Positions 58,701 to 64,000 of a DNA stretch of 64,000 bases are shown piece after piece (the stretch's first letter is position 1; every line of letters starts with the position of its first letter). A program made the translations under genes and the position numbers. The stretch comes from Armatimonadota bacterium (lineage in GTDB: Bacteria > Armatimonadota > HRBIN16). The stretch spans positions 2,144,001 through 2,208,000 of the forward strand of contig OY781964.1 of assembly GCA_963677485.1 (NCBI GenBank), given 5' to 3'. The notes below the pieces were generated by a model that saw only the letters and a program-made list of their open reading frames with translations, made no database searches and was not told the DNA's origin.

Positions 58701-60522
58701 TTGTGCTCATGTGCCATTTGGTAAATGCCTGTGCGGTCGGGTGGCAACTACTGGGAAACCTCTGTTTGTTAGCCATATAGATGACAATCACGATGTGCGC
58801 TATGATGGGATACAGCCTCACGGACACTACTGCATACCGATGCGTTACGGTGACAGATTGGTGGGAGTCTTAACTACATATACTCGGCCAGGTGAGGCCC
58901 ACTCACAAAAGCTGGAGCATTTCCTAGTCAGTGCGGCTGATATATTGGCTACCGTAGTCACTCGTAAACAATCCGAGGCAACCCTGCGGGCCAGCGAGGA
59001 GCGGTTCCGAAGCTTTTTTGATCTGCCTCTGCACGGAAGAGCTATTACCTCAACAGACAAAAGATGGATAGCAGTGAATGACCAGCTCTGCACATTCCTT
59101 GGCTATGATCGAGACGAAATTTTACACATGACCTGGGAAGAGATGACGCACCCAGATGATATCGCCATCGATCGTGTGCAGTTTGATCGGATGATGTCCG
59201 GCGAAATTGAACGATACAAGATGGATAAGCGCTTCATTCGCAAAGACGGTAAATTGATCTGGGCATCGATCTCGGTAGGCTGTGTACGACGAGCCAACGG
59301 CTCTGTAGAATACGTGGTTTGTGTGTTGGATGATATCACAGATCGTAGAAATGCGGAAACTGAGAAGGCCAAGCTAGAAGAACAACTTCACCAGGCCCTG
59401 AAGATGGATTCGATCGGGCGCCTGGCGGGTGGTGTGGCTCATGATTTTAACAACATGCTAGGGGTGATTATCGGTCACGCGCAGATGGCAATGGATGGCG
59501 TCAACCCGATGGAACCGCTTTATGACGATCTGCACGAAATTTACAAAGCGGCAGACCGCTCCGCTGATCTCACCCGTAATCTGCTGGCGTTTGCCCGAAA
59601 ACAGACCGTTACCCCCAAAGTGATAGACCTAAATACCACAGTTGAAGGCATGTTGAAGATGCTACAGCGACTGATTGGCGAGAACATCGAGCTTCGCTGG
59701 AGTCCTCAGGTAGAGATGTGGCTGGTGAAGGTAGACCCTTCACAGATAGACCAGATATTGGCTAACTTATGTGTGAATGCTCGTGACGCTATCGCCGACA
59801 TCGGTAGAATCACCATACAGACGAACACCATCACCATCGAATCGTCCGATGTGAGCCCCCATATGGAGCTTGCTGCTGGTGACTATGTGCGGCTGACTGT
59901 GAGTGACACCGGTTGCGGGATGGATAAGGAGATGCAGGCTAAGATATTTGAGCCCTTCTATACCACCAAGGGTGTGGGAGAAGGCACCGGCCTGGGTCTT
60001 GCCACTGTGTATGGCGCGGTGAAGCAAAACAACGGATATATCCATGTATACAGCGAGCCCGGTGAAGGAACCACCTTCAATATATACCTGCCCCGGCACA
60101 TTCCAATGGCTCAGCAGGCCGAAACACCGCGGTCAGTAGCACCCGATGCACCAGGGAATGAAACCATCCTGCTGGTTGAGGATGAACCTTCTATACTACG
60201 TATGGTGACCATGATGATCACACGCTCAGGATACAATGTCATATCCGCCTCCACACCTAGAGAGGCAATTCGGCTGGCGGACCAGAATGCCGGTACGATT
60301 GACCTGTTGTTAACCGACGTCGTGATGCCTGAAATGAACGGCCGCGACCTGGCGAAGAACCTGCTGGCACGCTACCCCAGTATGAAACGGCTGTTTATGT
60401 CGGGATATACCGCCGATGTGATCGCCGATCAGGGTCGGGTAGATGACGGGGTTCACTTCATCCAAAAGCCATTTACACTGAAAGATATCAACTTAAAAAT
60501 TAGACAGGCCATAGATGACTAA
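55774..60522 (+). CDS. Hybrid sensor histidine kinase/response regulator (3 GAF, ~5 PAS, HisKA, HATPase, REC)
   Basis: H-box GVAHDFNNML, NLCVNARDA, DTGCGM, FEPFYTTK, GTGLGL; receiver LLVEDE...LLTDVVMP...KPF. Domain counts are by eye. Confidence 0.95.
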   Translation: MAIDGDSTNLIDQPEHQGGLTSSALPQDLTVRKQSELALEVRLRLLQLAPTSSFSDLLIAMLDEGEVLTGSQIGFFHFVAADQVTLSQQVWSTNTTRNMCKAEPLAHHYPIDQAGVWVDCIRERKPVIHNDYASLLHRKGFPEGHASVIRELAVPIIRNNSIVAIIGVGNKQVDYTEFDVSIVSSLADLAWDIVDNKRAVEALRDSEETYRTLVNGVPDLLMRFDRQYRPLFVSKNISSFADLQPAQMIGKTHRELGYQEKDCQFWEKSIRKVFDSGLPLETEYTIETEQGTLVRNWRIWPEFDAQGAVKSVFTMTRDITAQRQAERNHQTLFREMINGFAVHEIICDEQGNPVDYRFLDVNPAFERMTGLRSEDIIGRSALELLPGTERYWIETYGKVALTGEPVSFENYSSELGKYFEVTAFQPALNQFACIFADITERKQAADALRKSEEQSKGVIETLPLAIYITSAKDQSSVYINPTMVQFFGYTKDEVPSIKHWLLLAYPDPVYRQQITDEWSRRVKRYTETQTPFQPLDAEVTCKDGSKKIVLWAYIALGDVNYYCGLNQTKTKRAEANLRRSEQRYARAIAATSEAIWERDLITNKTFYSPRWYEMLGYEDGEFEMTFEAWKMICHPDDFPNAIDKIQKTLDSADDIRYEAEFRMKTKTGEWRWILGKGNVVERDASGKPLTLSGTNTDITDRKRTEIYRHMDTDILHHLNEPCDISESLKRVVACIKTNIGFSAVGIRLLDGDEFPYHAQDGFPRPFLTVENTIVERGADSGICRDDKGLPRLDCICGWVISGKVDITLPFCTRGGSFWTNDLANLLDILSNNIPWHQPHYTCISQGYSSMAIVPIRNSERIIGTIQLNDMSKGRLSLDAVEALEGIATHIGAALMRRLGEGLLKQAYVRESVINDILRLALLDESLDSLMNKALNLLLSVPIPGLEPKGAVFLVDTTGNELVLMAQQGLDEMVRGACAHVPFGKCLCGRVATTGKPLFVSHIDDNHDVRYDGIQPHGHYCIPMRYGDRLVGVLTTYTRPGEAHSQKLEHFLVSAADILATVVTRKQSEATLRASEERFRSFFDLPLHGRAITSTDKRWIAVNDQLCTFLGYDRDEILHMTWEEMTHPDDIAIDRVQFDRMMSGEIERYKMDKRFIRKDGKLIWASISVGCVRRANGSVEYVVCVLDDITDRRNAETEKAKLEEQLHQALKMDSIGRLAGGVAHDFNNMLGVIIGHAQMAMDGVNPMEPLYDDLHEIYKAADRSADLTRNLLAFARKQTVTPKVIDLNTTVEGMLKMLQRLIGENIELRWSPQVEMWLVKVDPSQIDQILANLCVNARDAIADIGRITIQTNTITIESSDVSPHMELAAGDYVRLTVSDTGCGMDKEMQAKIFEPFYTTKGVGEGTGLGLATVYGAVKQNNGYIHVYSEPGEGTTFNIYLPRHIPMAQQAETPRSVAPDAPGNETILLVEDEPSILRMVTMMITRSGYNVISASTPREAIRLADQNAGTIDLLLTDVVMPEMNGRDLAKNLLARYPSMKRLFMSGYTADVIADQGRVDDGVHFIQKPFTLKDINLKIRQAIDD

Positions 60523-60779
60523 GCGTGATCGCTATCTGTCGGGTGGAGGGTGCAGGGATTACAACGCAATGACGCAAAGGCGTATGAGACGCTGAGGGTA
60601 TTTGACCGGGCCGGTATGTCGGTAGGGGCGTGCCTGTCTGAACCACGGAATACACGGATGACGCGGATGGGGACGGATAGCGACGGATAGGGACGGAAAA
60701 TTCAATCGGGAGATTGACGTTTGCAGGGAGGCACGCTGTATGTCACGAGTTTGCATATTCATATGATGTGTTCGTAACA

Positions 60780-63503
60780 CTACCAGCTTCTATACACCGC
60801 ATTTTCGAGGTATAGAGGCTCTTTTGATTCGGATGTATTAGTCAACCGGACGAAGAGCTTGCCGCTGTTGAATACTCCATACACCGTCAGTCTGTTCAAG
60901 GCAGCAGGCTTGGATTCCTTCGCGTCTGACTCTGCGGTATCGTCCAGCTTAACATAGACGGACTTGTGCCCAAGATACTTTGAGATGTCCACAAATCGAA
61001 TCCAGCCAGCGTCTACCTCGGACTTCACATCAAACTGTTTGGCACTGAGCTCCTCCTGCCAGCTTTTGCCGTCAGTTGAACACAAGATGCGGTAGCCGTT
61101 CGTGACAATGAGCTCTAGCCAGCACTCGGTCATATCGGCCAGTTCCAGCTTGGCAATGCCTCGTTGTCGAGTCATCCGCTTTATCTGAATGAGCTCATCA
61201 TGGCTGCCAGTGAATGCGGAAAGGTCGACGGACTGATCAACCGCGTCGCTGCTCCAGGATTCACGCCGCGTGTACCAGCGCAACCCATCAGGCGAGACAT
61301 CGATGCGGAAACGACCCTTAAGCCGAAAATCTACACCGGCTCCACCGCCGGTGTGATCGAACTGATAGATCAACGGAGTGCTGCCCGCGGTGATCACACG
61401 CTGGCCATCTTTGAGTGTCCCCACAGACCGGTGAAGATGGGTCTTCTCAACCGAGCTGCCTGGTGTGAGTGCTGTGATTGCCACTTTCGGGGCTGTCGGC
61501 TTTTGGCCTTCAGGAAGCATTTTTAGTTCATCATGGCCTTTTGGGAAGCAGGGGTTATCGACCATCGGCTGATGAGGTATTTCCACACGGCCAGATGCAT
61601 CGTATACCGGGAAAGCCCCCAGCGGCAGCAGATACTTTTGTTGCTGAGGTATATTGGCACCCTTGAGCGCGTATCCAAGATACTCGGGGTTGGCATCGTC
61701 CTGCGCCCACGGGCCTGCGCCAGTGTCGTTCCATATGTCCTTCAGGGGCACCGTGGGGTTATTCCAGCCGTTGGGCACGTCCAGGTTTATTAGCGCGCGA
61801 ACATCATCCAGTCTGCCAGCATTGCCCCAAGCCCCCAACGGCAGAGCGCCGGAGTAGGTCTCAAATCCGCCAGGAGCCTGCATGGCCACACCGTAGCGGT
61901 AGATGCCCTTTGAGTCGATGGTGTATACCGTCTGTGCCCGCTCATAGGCCGCGAGATACTCAGGGTTGCCGGTGGCATCATACGCCAGCCATGCAGCTTT
62001 TATCGCATTGAAATGATCCCATCCGCTGGCCCATCCCTTGCCGTCGTATCCCGATTCGCTTAGCATACGCCGCATCGCCTGATCTACGAGCGGGGTATAC
62101 TTTTTAACCATTGGCTGGTCTCCTGTGACCTGTCCCGTTTTCACCATCCAGGCAGCGGCCTTGACGACGTGGAAGACCCGGACCAGCCTCATACCCTCTC
62201 GTTCCGCATCGAAGAGCTGATCTACGGCATTCGCTGCGTTGATACGCGCGGTCACAGCCAGGGGGTCACCGTATTTCGATAGTAAATAGGCACCCGCCGC
62301 CAACCCAGTGGCCGCTGCATTAACCAACTGCTGCGATGGGTAGCCGTTGTGCATCAGCTTACCATGTTTGAGGAAGTATCGGGCGTTTTGATGGATGTAG
62401 TCCATGTCGCTGGAGTTGACCCACTGGAACGGCAACAACCATACCTTACCGCCTGTTCGTCCAAAGCTCAGCCTGATCTCTCCATATCCATTTGGAGAGA
62501 AGGCCTCGATCTTCTCTGGCTGATCCTTCCACATGATTAACAATGCGGTGGAGTAGCCAGGGCTGGCGAAAGCGATCGGTTTTCGCACGATCAGGTAGTG
62601 AAAGCACGGCTTCGTGAAGCTCTTGTCACCCGCAATGTTTGATGCGAAGCTGGTGCTGCGGTCTGGCATGTGCAGTGTTCCGGGCACCTTTGGGTCACCA
62701 AGCAAGGCCATCGGCTTGCCTGGTTCACCGATGACCACTTGCAGTTTGTCTGTATCTTTAGATTCGAACCCATACTCCAACGGCATATCTTCATCGCTCA
62801 GCCAATACCGGCCTGTGAAAGCCACATTCAGACCATTCGAGATGTAGTGGCGTTTGATGACATACGGAGACTGGTTCCAGTAGCGCGGACTGCGGGCCAG
62901 GCCCAGACTTGCCGCTCCCTCGGGGGTATCGGTGTATTTGAACTGGTCTACGTTGTACCATTCAGCATGTTTCTGCACCCGGAAGCCCACCTTAATGGTG
63001 TCCTCTGCGGAATCGTTCCAATTGACCAGTGATAGTCGGCCCTGTTTCGAGGAGCCGGAGTCGTCAGAGATCAGGAAGCTCTTGCCTCCGCTGCGATGCC
63101 TGAAAAAGTAATATGACTTCGTCCCCGGTACATGCGCCGCGAGCATGCCCTTGACCATCCGCCTCATGAGCTCCAGCCGCACTACCGGTGAGTACTGATC
63201 CTCCCAGGCGATGCCCTCCATCAACCTGCCTGCATCATCGGGAAAGTGCAGGTGCCAGGCGTCCGATGTGATGCTGTCGAAGCCCAGGTGCGTGTACGCG
63301 GGCGTGTTCACGCGCATATCCAGCAGGTTCTCGCAGTAATTCATGCCCAGGTAGTTCAGTTTCACCAGGTCGTAGGGTTTGAAATCCTGCCGTAGCGCAT
63401 CGGCTGAACCCAGCAACCTAGGCCCCTCAGCCGCGGCCATGGCAGCCGCTCTGGCGAGTATGAGTATGGTACACATGATGAGCGTTTTATATATCATGGA
63501 CAC
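60780..63503 (-). CDS. Large secreted hypothetical protein, possible (alpha/alpha)6 domain
   Basis: Signal peptide; helical segment AAWLAYDATGNPEYLAAY; C-terminal beta modules (VSPDGLRW, CSTDGKSW). Confidence 0.55.
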   Translation of the reverse strand: MSMIYKTLIMCTILILARAAAMAAAEGPRLLGSADALRQDFKPYDLVKLNYLGMNYCENLLDMRVNTPAYTHLGFDSITSDAWHLHFPDDAGRLMEGIAWEDQYSPVVRLELMRRMVKGMLAAHVPGTKSYYFFRHRSGGKSFLISDDSGSSKQGRLSLVNWNDSAEDTIKVGFRVQKHAEWYNVDQFKYTDTPEGAASLGLARSPRYWNQSPYVIKRHYISNGLNVAFTGRYWLSDEDMPLEYGFESKDTDKLQVVIGEPGKPMALLGDPKVPGTLHMPDRSTSFASNIAGDKSFTKPCFHYLIVRKPIAFASPGYSTALLIMWKDQPEKIEAFSPNGYGEIRLSFGRTGGKVWLLPFQWVNSSDMDYIHQNARYFLKHGKLMHNGYPSQQLVNAAATGLAAGAYLLSKYGDPLAVTARINAANAVDQLFDAEREGMRLVRVFHVVKAAAWMVKTGQVTGDQPMVKKYTPLVDQAMRRMLSESGYDGKGWASGWDHFNAIKAAWLAYDATGNPEYLAAYERAQTVYTIDSKGIYRYGVAMQAPGGFETYSGALPLGAWGNAGRLDDVRALINLDVPNGWNNPTVPLKDIWNDTGAGPWAQDDANPEYLGYALKGANIPQQQKYLLPLGAFPVYDASGRVEIPHQPMVDNPCFPKGHDELKMLPEGQKPTAPKVAITALTPGSSVEKTHLHRSVGTLKDGQRVITAGSTPLIYQFDHTGGGAGVDFRLKGRFRIDVSPDGLRWYTRRESWSSDAVDQSVDLSAFTGSHDELIQIKRMTRQRGIAKLELADMTECWLELIVTNGYRILCSTDGKSWQEELSAKQFDVKSEVDAGWIRFVDISKYLGHKSVYVKLDDTAESDAKESKPAALNRLTVYGVFNSGKLFVRLTNTSESKEPLYLENAVYRSW

Positions 63504-63854
63504 ATTGTAGCACGCTATGAGGAAGTGGGCAATGGTCGGATGGGCGTGGTGAATTTTGGTGGCTACTCCTCTTCCTGAACGTAGTAGCGTGGGTGACTTA
63601 ACCGCGGTAGGGAGGCTAACCGGCTACAATCCACGCTGTTGGCCTCTGGCTACGAGTTCAACGAGCTGCCAGAACGGCACGGTCTACAGCCAACCTGACC
63701 GGCATATCTGCCCGAAATACCATTGTGGCACTTCGGGAGTAATTTGCAGATAATGGTTGTAGTGTTGCACATCATATCAGCGGCAAGGATATATGAGAAA
63801 CAAGGGCAAGCGACAATAGCGGTGAACCCCTAGCTTCATCCCTGAGGTAGATAT

Positions 63855-64000
63855 ATGACTAAGCGTGACCGGTACCTGAGAGCTCTGCACAACGAGAAGG
63901 TGGATGAGCTGGTATGGGCTCCCAACTTCGACTACTGGCTGAACGTCAACCGCGCGGAGGGCACCCTGCCTGAGCGTTACCGTGAGATGTCGCGCAACGA
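63855..64000 (+). CDS. UroD-superfamily protein, N-terminal fragment running off the window
   Basis: GAGGT RBS then MTKRDRYLRALHNEKVDELVWAPNFDYWLNVNRAEGTLPERY, similar in pattern to the 18727 protein's N-terminus. Confidence 0.6.
   Translation, partial: MTKRDRYLRALHNEKVDELVWAPNFDYWLNVNRAEGTLPERYREMSRN

Overview
A 64-kb bacterial chromosomal segment. The lineage is inferred, not proven: Armatimonadota-like, judging from the SigH-like sigma factor, expanded UroD-family proteins and many large secreted CAZyme-like proteins. Left to right: the end of a Wzx/Wzy-type polysaccharide locus; a DUF47-pit phosphate operon; sigH; a RAYT (TnpA-REP) gene embedded in two arrays of nested ~130-bp palindromic repeats; housekeeping genes (TrmH family, lepA, leuS, queA); a complete IS110/IS621-like element; then a ~40-kb tract of large secreted glycoside-hydrolase-like genes, interrupted by AT-richer inserts (P-loop ATPase + TPR pair, degenerate M48-like membrane protein, hybrid sensor kinase). 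Best-supported highlight: the IS110 ends, CT core, circle-junction promoter and bridge RNA can all be read from the sequence, and its target guide is programmed to the host's GTAGGGGCG REP-like repeat, into which it has inserted. Many intergenic regions are mosaics of several distinct palindromic or 8-9-nt periodic repeat families. No rRNA, tRNA or CRISPR array was recognised. All calls are by-eye motif recognition; no database search was run.
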